The notes beneath the pieces were generated by a model. The model did not search any database. It saw only the letters and a program-made list of their open reading frames with translations, and had not been told where the DNA came from. Below, one piece after another: positions 41,253 through 51,413 of a stretch of 64,000 nt of DNA (within the stretch, counting starts at the first letter, position 1; the number at the start of each line of letters is the position of its first letter). A program made the translations under genes and the position numbers. The DNA comes from Desulfatiglandales bacterium (GTDB lineage Bacteria > Desulfobacterota > DSM-4660 > Desulfatiglandales > HGW-15), in assembly GCA_963667015.2 (NCBI GenBank), contig CAXXJJ010000004.1:3872001-3936000 (forward strand), read 5' to 3'.

Positions 41253-43571
41253 ATGAATCCTGTATATATTGATTTACATATTCATACGTCAAGTGATCCA
41301 CAATCACTCGACCCTAATTATGACGTGGAGAAATTAAAAAAAAAGATTGATGACTATAGTGGCAACTCAGTATCCCTAATTTCTTTAACAGATCACAATG
41401 CCATCAATACTCAGGCATATCTGAAAGCAGATAAAATATTTGATAATCTCTTAGTCGGTGCGGAACTCCATGTAAGGCATTATGATGAATCTAAGCCTTA
41501 CCACTGCCATATTTATTTCAAAACGGAGAGTATCACAGAAAGCAAACTCGATAGCTTGAACGAGATATTGGATCAGCTATATAAAAAGAAAGTAGTTTCA
41601 GCTGATAATGAAATACCCAAATTAGAAGATATCATAAATGCATTTGATGGAGAAGAATTCTTACTTCTACCACATGCCGGGCAATCTCATTCCACTTTCA
41701 ATACTGCAACTTCAAAAGACAAAAATTTTGACTCCACATTAGAGCGAAATATCTATTACAACCACTTTGATGGATTCACAGCAAGAAGTGACAAGAAAGT
41801 TGAGTATATTAAGGCCTATTTTGAACGACTTGGAATCCATGAATTCACAAATCTGATTACCTCAAGTGATAATTATGATGTGAATTCCTACCCTAACGCT
41901 AAGGATTCGAAGGCTCCACCATTTGTGCCAACTTGGATGCTTGCTCTACCAATATATGATGGATTAAGACTCTCGCTGTCAGAAGCTACAAGGTTTGTAT
42001 ATGGTAATAAACCAGATATTTGGAACGAGCATATTAAATCAGTTAAGCTAAATAATGAAAATATTGATATTTCAATTGATTTGACGCCCGGCCTAAATGT
42101 TGTCGTCGGAGGTTCATCAAGCGGGAAAACACTATTGGTAGATTCGATATATAGAGCAATTGAAAAAGATTTCTCGGAGAGCCCTTACAAAACAACAAAT
42201 TATGATGTCACAAATTTGGTGGTAGTAAACCCATCAAATTTAAGGCCACACTATATAAATCAGAATTACATAATTAAGGTCTGTGATCAGAAGGATAAAC
42301 ACACCTCAATTTCAGATATCGAATTATTGAAAAGGATATTTCCTGATGATACAGAGCAGAACAATAAAATTGATAAATGGCTGGGCGACTTAGGAAAGCA
42401 CCTCGGCGGCTTGGTTTCAGCAGTTGAAGGAATTGAATCCCTTCAAAGTAAACTAGAAACAATACTTCCTTTATCAAGGCTGATCATTATTAAAAAGATT
42501 GATGCAAATCCTTTATTGGATGTTGTCCCTGGTAATAAGACGCTCAAGACGTTTACTTATAGTGATTCAGCATACGATCATCATTTAGAAGCTTTGACTG
42601 AGATTGATGAGTTTCTTGAGAAAGATCCTTTAGTTGAACATGACCATGAATTGATTGTGAAATTAAAGGGCGAAATTACGCAAGCCAATCTGAGATCAAG
42701 AAACGAAAAGCGTATTCGGAAGATAATCCAAGATGAAAAGAGAAATATAGATAACGTAAAAACAGACCTTGATAAAGAGTCAGCTACAAAAACACAAAAT
42801 ATGGATAGCTTGATAGAATGTATAAGGGAGTATTCAAGACTAAATAACCTATTCTACAAAGCTTTAAAAGATATTTCAGAATATTCAGAGATAGTTAAAA
42901 CTCAAGAAGTTGTTTCAATGGGGCATAAATTATCTATTGAAAATAACTTTGAATTATCAAGAGACAAGTTCTTAGAAGTAATAAATGGAATTTTAAAACA
43001 GCCTTTCCAGATAGACTCTTTTGAAGAGATCACACCCGAATCACTTTTTAAACATAAATTTAAACACAAAGACCCAAAAGTTTATACATATGATGAGTTT
43101 AAAACAATTGTGAATTCAAGATTCTCACTATTGAACAAGAAAAAATACAGGATTAAAACAAGAGCTGGACATGATTACGATACACTTAGCGCAGGCTACA
43201 AAACTTCTGTAATCCTAGATCTGGTTTTGGGTTCAACAGATGATATTGCCCCACTGATAATCGATCAGCCGGAGGATAATCTTGCGACGTCATACATAAA
43301 CAGGGGATTGATCCAAGCCATAAAAGCCGGCAAATCAAGAAAACAGATATTGTTAGTTTCACACAATGCCACTATACCAATGTTAGGAGATGCTCAAAAT
43401 GTAATCCTCTGTGAAAATAATGAAAGTAAAATCACAATTAGATCTAATCCACTTGAAGGCTCAATTAACGAAAAGTCTGTTGTAGACATTATTGCGGATG
43501 AAACGGACGGGGGAAAGAGTTCAATCAAAAAGAGAGTTAAAAAATATAATCTAAAAAAGTTCAAGGAGTAA
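41253..43571 (+). CDS. PHP phosphoesterase + ABC/SMC ATPase (Ppl/TrlF-like)
   Basis: DLHIHTS, LTDHN, SSDN; Walker A GGSSSGKT; LSAG, IIDQPEDNL, VSHNA. Confidence 0.82.
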   Translation: MNPVYIDLHIHTSSDPQSLDPNYDVEKLKKKIDDYSGNSVSLISLTDHNAINTQAYLKADKIFDNLLVGAELHVRHYDESKPYHCHIYFKTESITESKLDSLNEILDQLYKKKVVSADNEIPKLEDIINAFDGEEFLLLPHAGQSHSTFNTATSKDKNFDSTLERNIYYNHFDGFTARSDKKVEYIKAYFERLGIHEFTNLITSSDNYDVNSYPNAKDSKAPPFVPTWMLALPIYDGLRLSLSEATRFVYGNKPDIWNEHIKSVKLNNENIDISIDLTPGLNVVVGGSSSGKTLLVDSIYRAIEKDFSESPYKTTNYDVTNLVVVNPSNLRPHYINQNYIIKVCDQKDKHTSISDIELLKRIFPDDTEQNNKIDKWLGDLGKHLGGLVSAVEGIESLQSKLETILPLSRLIIIKKIDANPLLDVVPGNKTLKTFTYSDSAYDHHLEALTEIDEFLEKDPLVEHDHELIVKLKGEITQANLRSRNEKRIRKIIQDEKRNIDNVKTDLDKESATKTQNMDSLIECIREYSRLNNLFYKALKDISEYSEIVKTQEVVSMGHKLSIENNFELSRDKFLEVINGILKQPFQIDSFEEITPESLFKHKFKHKDPKVYTYDEFKTIVNSRFSLLNKKKYRIKTRAGHDYDTLSAGYKTSVILDLVLGSTDDIAPLIIDQPEDNLATSYINRGLIQAIKAGKSRKQILLVSHNATIPMLGDAQNVILCENNESKITIRSNPLEGSINEKSVVDIIADETDGGKSSIKKRVKKYNLKKFKE

Positions 43572-43573
43572 TC

Positions 43574-43798
43574 ATGAAAATTTGCTTTAAGAAAAATGAT
43601 GAAAATGAAATATCAGTGGTTGAAATCAAGAATGGCGAAGAAATTGAATTCAAATATGTAAATATGATTAAAAAACTCATCAGTAGGGAAAAGCTAGAAG
43701 AGCCCGCCACTCAAGGAGATTTTTCAGGTGCCGAAATTGAAAGCATCCGCAGGATGGCAAATCTAATAAATCAAGAGGTCGATGAGTTTGAGAAATAG
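43574..43798 (+). CDS. Small hypothetical protein, translationally coupled to the PHP-ATPase
   Basis: AGGAG RBS inside the upstream gene end; 74 aa. Confidence 0.65.
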   Translation: MKICFKKNDENEISVVEIKNGEEIEFKYVNMIKKLISREKLEEPATQGDFSGAEIESIRRMANLINQEVDEFEK

Positions 43799-43864
43799 TA
43801 ACCAAGCGGGTATCAAGTAGTGTTTTTATTACTGCAATTAACATAGTTGAAACGATTGTTAGAG
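43796..43864 (+). repeat. attC-like site
   Basis: Stop then TAAC; arms TCAAGTAGTGTT / AACATAGTTGA; GTTAGAG. Confidence 0.5.
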
Positions 43865-44027
43865 AATATAAAGGCTATATATTGTTTTGTTTGTGGATTC
43901 GCCCCCACCAACTCCGGCATGATTTCAAAAACTTAGCCTTGATTAATCGGCGTATTTGTTGCAGTTTTTTACTTGTTGTGGCTTTTTACAAATCCTAATT
44001 TTAATAATTTTTTTGGGACAAACCATT

Positions 44028-44894
44028 ATGAAATTTAATGAATTTTTAAGTGCAGATCCTGAAGATTTCGAATCTATTTTTGACTATTATCTTGAATTCC
44101 TATCTGAATTTTCAAAAAGTAATTTCCCGTTTGAGAGTCAAATTAAATTAAAACCAGCAGGAAAAAAGTTTATCGGTACAGTTGTTAGATTCGATTATAA
44201 TAATAGGGGATCCGAAGAAGAATACTTGAAAATGATTGATACATTTAATGATAGACTTAATTATTATAGGCGTTCTGAGAAAAGAAATTTTCTATACAAT
44301 TTTGCATATAAGTTACTTACATTATATCACACAAGCGGAACCTTGTTATTAGTTCAGCAAACATTTCAAGAGTTATATTCAAAATCATCAGATTTTATTA
44401 GCAATATTGCTAATAAAAAAATATATTTTTATGATGATTTACATGTGAATAATTTATTTGATTTTGACAAATCAAATAAGGAGGAAATAAAAAATCTTTT
44501 AATAGAAGCTACTGACCTTATCAATAGTGATAAATCTTTAAACGAGAAAAGTAAGAAAATAATAAATAATTATTTAGATACAGCTATAAAAGAACTCGAT
44601 CGTAAATATGTGAACTGGGTTAAATTTCTAGGAAGAATCAAAGAGACCATCATAATTCTAGGCGCTTTAGGCTCGTTAGCTGGTGGTGCTAGTGTGTTAT
44701 TCCATGTCCAAGAAAAATTAGATCAAGCTACGGTAATAATTCAGAAAACTTCTATTAATATAAATTATACTACAATTAATGAGACTTTTAATATAGATCA
44801 TATTCAAAGGACCGGTCCAATATATAATCTATTATCATTACCTGAAAAATCAGAAAATAATGATGATTCAGATAATTCCGATGATGATAATTAA
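44028..44894 (+). CDS. Hypothetical protein (very AT-rich)
   Basis: Long ORF, ATG at 44028; one hydrophobic segment near the C-terminus. Confidence 0.6.
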   Translation: MKFNEFLSADPEDFESIFDYYLEFLSEFSKSNFPFESQIKLKPAGKKFIGTVVRFDYNNRGSEEEYLKMIDTFNDRLNYYRRSEKRNFLYNFAYKLLTLYHTSGTLLLVQQTFQELYSKSSDFISNIANKKIYFYDDLHVNNLFDFDKSNKEEIKNLLIEATDLINSDKSLNEKSKKIINNYLDTAIKELDRKYVNWVKFLGRIKETIIILGALGSLAGGASVLFHVQEKLDQATVIIQKTSININYTTINETFNIDHIQRTGPIYNLLSLPEKSENNDDSDNSDDDN

Positions 44895-44907
44895 TTTTTT
44901 AAGCCAG

Positions 44908-45024
44908 GTAGGTTGGGTTATAACCCAACATCCTTGTTTTTTTAGATGTGTAGTATCGTTTTGATAGTCAGAATTGCACAAGCTCGATAATTTTTGTTGG
45001 GTTGCTACGTTTAACCCAACCTAC
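44908..45024. repeat. REP doublet (two inverted GTAG-type REPs)
   Basis: GTAGGTTGGGTTATAACCCAACA ... TGTTGGGTTGCTACGTTTAACCCAACCTAC. Confidence 0.7.
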
Positions 45025-45243
45025 AATGAATATTGCTGAATTGCAGATCGCTTGCCTTATGTTGCGAGTTCACTTAACCCATTGAAAAAAGGAAGTTATC
45101 AGAACAAGTCTTTGGATATTTCAAATAACCATAAAAAGCAATGAGTTATCCTGCTTTTTGATGATGACAGAGATAGAACTGATAACATAATAATATTCCG
45201 CCTATTATACTTATTCCTTTAACCGGCAGGATGTTCTCCCGGT

Positions 45244-46263
45244 CTATAAACTATCAAGCCATGCCATCATATCTTTGTCACTCTCCCATTGAAGTAGGTC
45301 TTGTATTTTTGAATCGGATATGATTACCGATTTCATATATCTGATAAAATGCTTTTGTATCTCGCGCTTATGTTTGAGATCGAGATGGAGATAAATAGTT
45401 GTTGACTGGATGTTGTCATGCCCTAAACGGTTTTTGATATCCGTGATGGATTCACCACGGTAAAGGAGATCCACTGCCCTGGAATGACGGAAACTGTGAG
45501 CGGGATTGATGTACTTCAGTCGTTTTTCAGGAATGGCCATAGAAAGGTATTTTTTACAGAGACGATAAATACCATGCCTTGTAAGCTCTTCTCTTCTTTG
45601 ATTGATAAAGATACGGTGTTTGTATTGCGCTTTCGGCTCTACACGATATTTTTTTATATAAAGCTGCATGAGCTGTGATGTTCTTTTTTCAAGGGGGATA
45701 ATACGGAAACGATCTCCCTTTCCCAGGATGGCAAGTGTATTATGGTCAGGATCGAAGTAATCGATATTAAGGGCTGTAATCTCACTCGCTCTTGCCCCTG
45801 AGTCATAGAGAAGATGAAGCAGGGTATAATCCCGAAAGCCGTCTCTCCTCTTGATATCTACACATTGAAAGACCTTTAGTATCTCATCCTGATAGAGAAA
45901 GCCTACCAGAGTTTTCCGAGTACGCTTCTGGGGGATATTGAGTATCCTGTCAGCCAGTTCCCTGTATTCAGGACTCATAAACCGGATCATTTTAGCAAAG
46001 GACTTAATGGCAGCCAGTCTTTGATTCCGGGTCTTTGCAATATTATTACGCTCAACCTGCAGCTCGTTCAGGAATGCAATAATTATCTCAGACGAGATAT
46101 GCTCCACCTTGAGAGAGCTTATTTTATTGTCATAATATTTTGCAATAAAAGGCAGAAAAAGTCTGAAGGTATCACGGTAGGATTTGACAGTATTATGACT
46201 TACTCCCTTGATGTGGGGAAGGTATTGTTCAAAGAACTTATGGACAGCAGTAGATATCTTCAT
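45244..46263 (-). CDS. Tyrosine recombinase (RitC-like)
   Basis: SGARASE, GKG...R, HSFRHS.A, LGH....T..Y. Confidence 0.9.
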   Translation of the reverse strand: MKISTAVHKFFEQYLPHIKGVSHNTVKSYRDTFRLFLPFIAKYYDNKISSLKVEHISSEIIIAFLNELQVERNNIAKTRNQRLAAIKSFAKMIRFMSPEYRELADRILNIPQKRTRKTLVGFLYQDEILKVFQCVDIKRRDGFRDYTLLHLLYDSGARASEITALNIDYFDPDHNTLAILGKGDRFRIIPLEKRTSQLMQLYIKKYRVEPKAQYKHRIFINQRREELTRHGIYRLCKKYLSMAIPEKRLKYINPAHSFRHSRAVDLLYRGESITDIKNRLGHDNIQSTTIYLHLDLKHKREIQKHFIRYMKSVIISDSKIQDLLQWESDKDMMAWLDSL

Positions 46264-47234
46264 TCCTTCCTCTTCTGCCATAAAGAAAAATCCACCAGAT
46301 TTTTACGGCTGATCGCATCCATGACCCTGAGATAAACACTGGTGTATTTGTATTCCGCATGGCCCATATAAGCAGCAAGCACCGGAAGGGCATTCTGCGG
46401 AGATTGTCCTCGTTTTTTAACGTTCAGCAGGGTATTTACTGCGAAACTGTGTCTGAGGCTATGAGGTGTGGGCTGACTGAAGTTCACATTGCCTATGATT
46501 TTTCTTGGCTGGTCAAGCCCGATATCTTCTACGGCTTTATGGAATAAATTGCGTATACGATAGTCTCTTATGGCTTTGAGGCCTTTCCCTGCAAGTAGAT
46601 ATGGATTCTCATCATTGGGGCATGCATGCCCGCGCACAGCAAGATAGTTTTCTATCTCCGATTTTACAGTACCTGGTATGGGGATCAACCTCTGTTTCTT
46701 AAACTTGGTCTTTTTAATATACAGGGTAGCGTCATCCCTGTTGTAATGATGTCTCATAAGTTTCAGTGGTTCTGATATCCTCATACCGCATCGTGCCAAT
46801 AAAAGAATAACAAGGTATTCCGCAAGGTCTGCCAGAAAATACTGATTTTTTTTTCTTAATCTATTACATGCGGCATTTAGTAATTGATCGGTTTGCTCAC
46901 AGGAGAAAACAAAAGGAATGATGCTGTTCTCCTTAAGAGGGGGAATGTCCTGAATGGGATTTTCAACCAGGTACTCCTGTCGTAAGAGGTAATTTAAAAA
47001 GACTCTAACTGAGGAGAATACACTGTTGACACCACGTGGCTCTAACTCCAGGCTGGCTCTCATCTCAAGAAAGTAGAAAGAGTGAAGAGAATGCCAGTCA
47101 GCGTTTGTCTCTTTTAAATATCGATCAAGGACCAGAAGATTAGCCCGGGATAATTTTATGCTGTATCCCAGGCCTTGACGATAAGCAAGATAATCATTTA
47201 GTTGCGGAGCAAGAAAACTTTCAAAGTTCTTCAT
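46260..47234 (-). CDS. Tyrosine recombinase (RitB-like)
   Basis: CGMRISE, TKFKK.R, HSLRHSFAV, LAAYMGH.....T..YL. Confidence 0.9.
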   Translation of the reverse strand: MKNFESFLAPQLNDYLAYRQGLGYSIKLSRANLLVLDRYLKETNADWHSLHSFYFLEMRASLELEPRGVNSVFSSVRVFLNYLLRQEYLVENPIQDIPPLKENSIIPFVFSCEQTDQLLNAACNRLRKKNQYFLADLAEYLVILLLARCGMRISEPLKLMRHHYNRDDATLYIKKTKFKKQRLIPIPGTVKSEIENYLAVRGHACPNDENPYLLAGKGLKAIRDYRIRNLFHKAVEDIGLDQPRKIIGNVNFSQPTPHSLRHSFAVNTLLNVKKRGQSPQNALPVLAAYMGHAEYKYTSVYLRVMDAISRKNLVDFSLWQKRKE

Positions 47235-48399
47235 TAAAGATAACCTTTCTCATAAACTTTGTGCTGATATGAAGATATCTGTGAGTTGACTGTATGTTCT
47301 GGTGGCCCATCATTTCTTTCACCTCATAAATGGATTGGCCCATATGGAGAAGGTTCTGTGCATAAGTATGCCTGAGCCAGTATGCAGATGAAGAGAGCCC
47401 GGCCTGTTTCATGGCCCTTGCTATAGACCCCACAACGTTATTGGCTTTCATAGGATGAAAGGGAAAGTGATGATTAAGAAACAGATATTTTGATGATCCA
47501 TGAGGTCTTCCCTTACTGACATAAAGAGCAATAGCCTTAATGGTGTCTTCAGGTACAGGCAGGATGATGACATCCCCTCCTTTTCTTTCCTTGAGGGTGA
47601 GTTCTTTCTGCTGGAAAGAGATATCATCTAACGTAATCTTACTGATCTCCGCAGGCCTGAGCCCCAGGGAGTAAGCTATGTGTATCAGGGCATAGGTTCT
47701 CATTTGTGTGGGTGTGGAAAGCTCCAGGGAGGCAAAGAGTTCTTTTACCTGCTTTGGACGTAAAAACCTTGGCAGCCTTTTCTGGGCAAACTGAGGAGGG
47801 CCGACAAGAAACGAGGCCAGATCCCTTTTGATAATCTTCTTTTCATGATAGAGATGCTTTAAAAAACCTCTGAGGCAATAACGATAGAGCCTGCGGCTAT
47901 AGTCCGACACCTTGAATGTTGCCATGAAGGCATCACAATGTTCGATTTTGAGTTTTGAAAGGGAGATGGCATTTTTTTCCAGATACTCATGGAATGGTCT
48001 TAAAACCCTCCTGATCCGTTTGATGTGTGTAGGAGAACTGTCAAGAGATTGAGAGTGATGAAGGAGGTATTCTTCATAAATATCCGGTAAAGGTGGCGCA
48101 GCATTTTTTTGATTCAGGGTATGATCGATAACTCCCCGGCTGAAAAGATAGTCTGATAACGACCTAAGTGCAGAATAGGCATTCTTATAACCGCTATATA
48201 TTTGAAAGGCTTCTGCAGTACCATTAGTAAATATGTTTTCCCATATTATATCTTTATGGATTACATAGAAGAGAAAGTCGATCAGGATATGCTTGTAACG
48301 CTTATGGGATCTGCTCCCCTTTTCCTTCTCAATTGATTTGACCCAATGCATATAATCCCGGATCGAGTCCATTAATCTCCGGCTGTCTTCAAGGATCAC
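47221..48399 (-). CDS. Tyrosine recombinase (RitA-like)
   Basis: LGLRPAEI, RKGG, LRHTYA, MGH....T.RY. Confidence 0.9.
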   Translation of the reverse strand: MILEDSRRLMDSIRDYMHWVKSIEKEKGSRSHKRYKHILIDFLFYVIHKDIIWENIFTNGTAEAFQIYSGYKNAYSALRSLSDYLFSRGVIDHTLNQKNAAPPLPDIYEEYLLHHSQSLDSSPTHIKRIRRVLRPFHEYLEKNAISLSKLKIEHCDAFMATFKVSDYSRRLYRYCLRGFLKHLYHEKKIIKRDLASFLVGPPQFAQKRLPRFLRPKQVKELFASLELSTPTQMRTYALIHIAYSLGLRPAEISKITLDDISFQQKELTLKERKGGDVIILPVPEDTIKAIALYVSKGRPHGSSKYLFLNHHFPFHPMKANNVVGSIARAMKQAGLSSSAYWLRHTYAQNLLHMGQSIYEVKEMMGHQNIQSTHRYLHISTKFMRKVIFNEEL

Positions 48400-48790
48400 T
48401 TTGAACCTCCAAAAGTGATTCCTGTATCAGCCCGCTGATCCCGGGATTACTCTGGCTTTTATGTGAAGTTTTTTCCCATAATGGTTTCGGAGGCAGGGAA
48501 AGTACCTGATAAAGTGTTCCGTCAAAGGCAATTAAATCTTTCTTTAAGAGCCCATCCCGGGCTTCAATATACTCATCCATAGAAAGCCGGAGCAAAGAAC
48601 AAATGGCATCATAGGAGTAGAAAGATAACCCATATCTATCTGCAGCAAGTATGAGGAAGGAGTATAACAGGATCTCTACCTGTTCCAGGGATGCAAGAAA
48701 CTCATCAGTCAGAAGTCGGTGAGGTAAAAAACCGAAACCTCCTTCAATATGTCTGATCCGATTCGGATTGAGAATCTTTTTCTTTATCAT
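48389..48790 (-). CDS. Mobile-element-associated winged-HTH-like protein
   Basis: R.R.I.GGF.F.PHR, LLY.FL.L.ADR.GLSFY; AGGAG RBS before MIKKK. Confidence 0.65.
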   Translation of the reverse strand: MIKKKILNPNRIRHIEGGFGFLPHRLLTDEFLASLEQVEILLYSFLILAADRYGLSFYSYDAICSLLRLSMDEYIEARDGLLKKDLIAFDGTLYQVLSLPPKPLWEKTSHKSQSNPGISGLIQESLLEVQSDP

Positions 48791-48862
48791 GGTCAACTCC
48801 TGAGTTTTACAGGTAAATATATCTGCAAATCCCGGAAAGAGTCGATCACATCTTGAAAGCAT

Positions 48863-49273
48863 CTAAGGGGGAAGTCGTTCTATTTTCCTTGTTATAACAA
48901 CCGGTTGACGTCTTAACACCTCTTGAAATCGTCTGAAGAGTAGTTGTCCGAAATACTCAACGATTATAAGATGTTGAATGCTTATCACCTCTTGAACTAA
49001 CAAATGGGGTAGTCCGGACTTTAACCGGGTCTTCGGCTGTAACAAAGGAGAAGTTCCGGACTGACAAGCTGCACTGAGTTTCTTTTGAAGGTAATTGGAT
49101 CTAAAATAGTCGGTGTTTTTCCTGTTCCACTCTCTACACTTCCTTCTATGCCATTCCTTCTTACATCCAGGGTCACCACAGGTCATTTGACGGTCTTTCA
49201 ACCTTGGGTTCGGCACAAACCAGCGCCTACAGATCCTGCACGGTCGCTTCTTTAAAACCTTCTCCTCATGCAT
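48863..49273 (-). CDS. Mobile-element-associated Zn-ribbon protein
   Basis: KRPCRICRRWF.P.PR...RQ.TC....C; GGGAGG RBS. Confidence 0.65.
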   Translation of the reverse strand: MHEEKVLKKRPCRICRRWFVPNPRLKDRQMTCGDPGCKKEWHRRKCREWNRKNTDYFRSNYLQKKLSAACQSGTSPLLQPKTRLKSGLPHLLVQEVISIQHLIIVEYFGQLLFRRFQEVLRRQPVVITRKIERLPP

Positions 49274-49665
49274 CGTTTCCTCCCTTGTTATCAAGGTGAA
49301 AAAACGACTTTAGATTAAAATGGACTGGTATGCATAGAGGGACGCTTTGTATTGGAAAGCTAAATGATGAGAAATTAGATGAATAAAATGGATACTTAAT
49401 CTTTCTTTTGGAATTAAATGATGAATTTTATGGAGGGAATTAAAACACACAACATAACCAATCTCACAACATAGCTTGCTATGATCGCAACTATACATCC
49501 TGTTGAGAAATATAAAGAATATTACAACTCTACGAAAGTGGCCTACCTAATCTCCGCATAAAATATTTAAGAGTGTGGGATATCCGAAATGAAAATCGCT
49601 TAATGGAAAACTGACACAAATTTAAATCAATTAAGTTTTGACAATGACCAGGAAGTTAAAATTAA

Positions 49666-49714
49666 TGGTCGGGGCGAGAGGATTTGAACCTCCGGCATCC
49701 TGCTCCCAAAGCAG
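49666..49714 (-). mobile_element. 3' fragment of tRNA-Pro(TGG), an island attachment site
   Basis: CTGCTTTGGGAGCAGGATGCCGGAGGTTCAAATCCTCTCGCCCCGACCA: anticodon arm, T-arm and CCA present; D-arm and 5' acceptor strand absent. Confidence 0.88.
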
Positions 49715-50086
49715 AGATTTTACGATGCAAAATAACCTATAACATACTTAATTTACTACGTATTTCCTATTCGTTGATTTTCTTTTCATGCATTTTATGC
49801 ACTGCATGCACTTAATAAAATCAAATACTTAGCATGCAGTAAGTTTTGTAAGGTAGCTATTTGGTAGCTGGAAAGGGTTGGGGAGAATTAGCGATTATGT
49901 CTTTGTGTCCCTCGTTTATTCAACAACCATTTAATTATAATAATTCAACGTATTAATAAATACAATGATATTAATATATATTTAAGCTATTATTGTCCAT
50001 TTTTATATCATTATTGTCTTAAAATATATTTTTTTTTAGACTTTTTATATTGACAAATATTGTTAAATGATTTTAAATTATCATCA

Positions 50087-50563
50087 ATGACTAGTAAAAG
50101 AATAGGATCATATTCAGAAGAATATTTAATTGACCACAAGGGTGTGACACGTCAAAAGATACACTACTGGCGAAAAATTGAGCTACTACCCCCTTTTTCT
50201 AAAGGCACGTATTTTCGAGGGTACAGCTTCTCAGATCTAAAATCAATTTGCCTGATACTGCAGCTTAGAGAAGCGGGAGTAAGCATTGATTTAATTCGAA
50301 AGTCGGTTAACGCAATAAGAAATCGAGAAAAAATTGATTACCCATTATTGAGTAAACGTTTATGGGTTTGGGGAGAAAAAATTTATTATATTTTTGACAG
50401 TAAATTTATCGAAGCAATTTCTGGCCAATTTTATCTTTTAAATAGTGTGGATATTAAACAAGAAAGAATTATTCAGATGGAAATCCCCGTATTATTTGAT
50501 GAAATTGAAATCAAACCAGGAGTCGTTGGAGAAGAAATTAGTATTAACCAACACTTGATATAA
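50087..50563 (+). CDS. MerR-family HTH regulator
   Basis: GVTRQKIHYW...L....R.YSF.DL......LRE.GVS...IRK. Confidence 0.72.
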   Translation: MTSKRIGSYSEEYLIDHKGVTRQKIHYWRKIELLPPFSKGTYFRGYSFSDLKSICLILQLREAGVSIDLIRKSVNAIRNREKIDYPLLSKRLWVWGEKIYYIFDSKFIEAISGQFYLLNSVDIKQERIIQMEIPVLFDEIEIKPGVVGEEISINQHLI

Positions 50564-50922
50564 CATATAGAGTTTTGAACTATTTCACATTCAACTACGT
50601 AGGAGTTAAATTTATTTTCAATTTTTAATCCAAGTAAAATTAAATTTACTTGTTATTTCAACCAGATTTTATTGCAAATTTACCGGTTGATTTTTTAAAT
50701 TAATTAAATAATAAAAAGGCTATTAAAAATTTCTGTCAATAATCTAATTTACTAACCGAATACTATTAATGGCAATACGTCCAGAGAATTAAATGATTAT
50801 ATTTAAATAAGAACAGATTTTATGTGTAGATAATAAAGTTATTATGTTATTGACCTTTGTTTTTACTGATAAGTGATTGTATAATTATATAAACAACTCA
50901 ATTCATAAGAAAGGAGTTGAAG

Positions 50923-51351
50923 ATGGCACTTTCAAAAGATCTTTATGAAATGCAATGGGCAAACGATTTAAGTTCATTAGCCAGTCAAGCACGCTATGGA
51001 ATAAAATACTTTAAAAAAGGAACCAATCAAGAAGACACTCCAGAACTTATTCAAGGTGGAGTAAAATTATGTAATATCCTCGGAAAAGGTACAAAAGCAA
51101 ATCAAGAGCATGCTGTTTTACCAAACCAAATAGGGTATATTGATGCTGTTAAACCATTATCAGGAACATCTATTAGTTTTGAGTACATAGATAGAGTAAC
51201 TCATATCTTAAACTCAATGTTAAAAAACGAAGAGCTTATAGATGGAGACATTGAAATTGCTGATAACTTTCTTATTGAAATAAGTAATGTTTATCAAAGA
51301 TACTCATCGTCTGTATTAAATTCGCTTGTTGAAGAAAAAGTTTTTTACTAA
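50923..51351 (+). CDS. Hypothetical protein, first gene of the peptidase-dcd operon
   Basis: AAGGAG RBS; ORF track. Confidence 0.7.
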   Translation: MALSKDLYEMQWANDLSSLASQARYGIKYFKKGTNQEDTPELIQGGVKLCNILGKGTKANQEHAVLPNQIGYIDAVKPLSGTSISFEYIDRVTHILNSMLKNEELIDGDIEIADNFLIEISNVYQRYSSSVLNSLVEEKVFY

Positions 51352-51413
51352 TTATAGGTTTTAATCCTCTCTGACAATTCCTGTATTTTAGCTTATCACA
51401 ATAAGGATGACTA

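Larger units (their letters stand above)
45057..49474 (-). mobile_element. RIT (recombinase-in-trio)-like element with two extra leading ORFs
   Basis: Three overlapping tyrosine recombinases; terminal IRs TTATGTTGCGAG / CTCACAACATAG; GCTTGC at both junctions. Confidence 0.75.

Noticed and set aside
49666..49714. Functional tRNA-Pro gene
   Set aside because: 5' acceptor strand and D-arm are missing; treated as an att fragment
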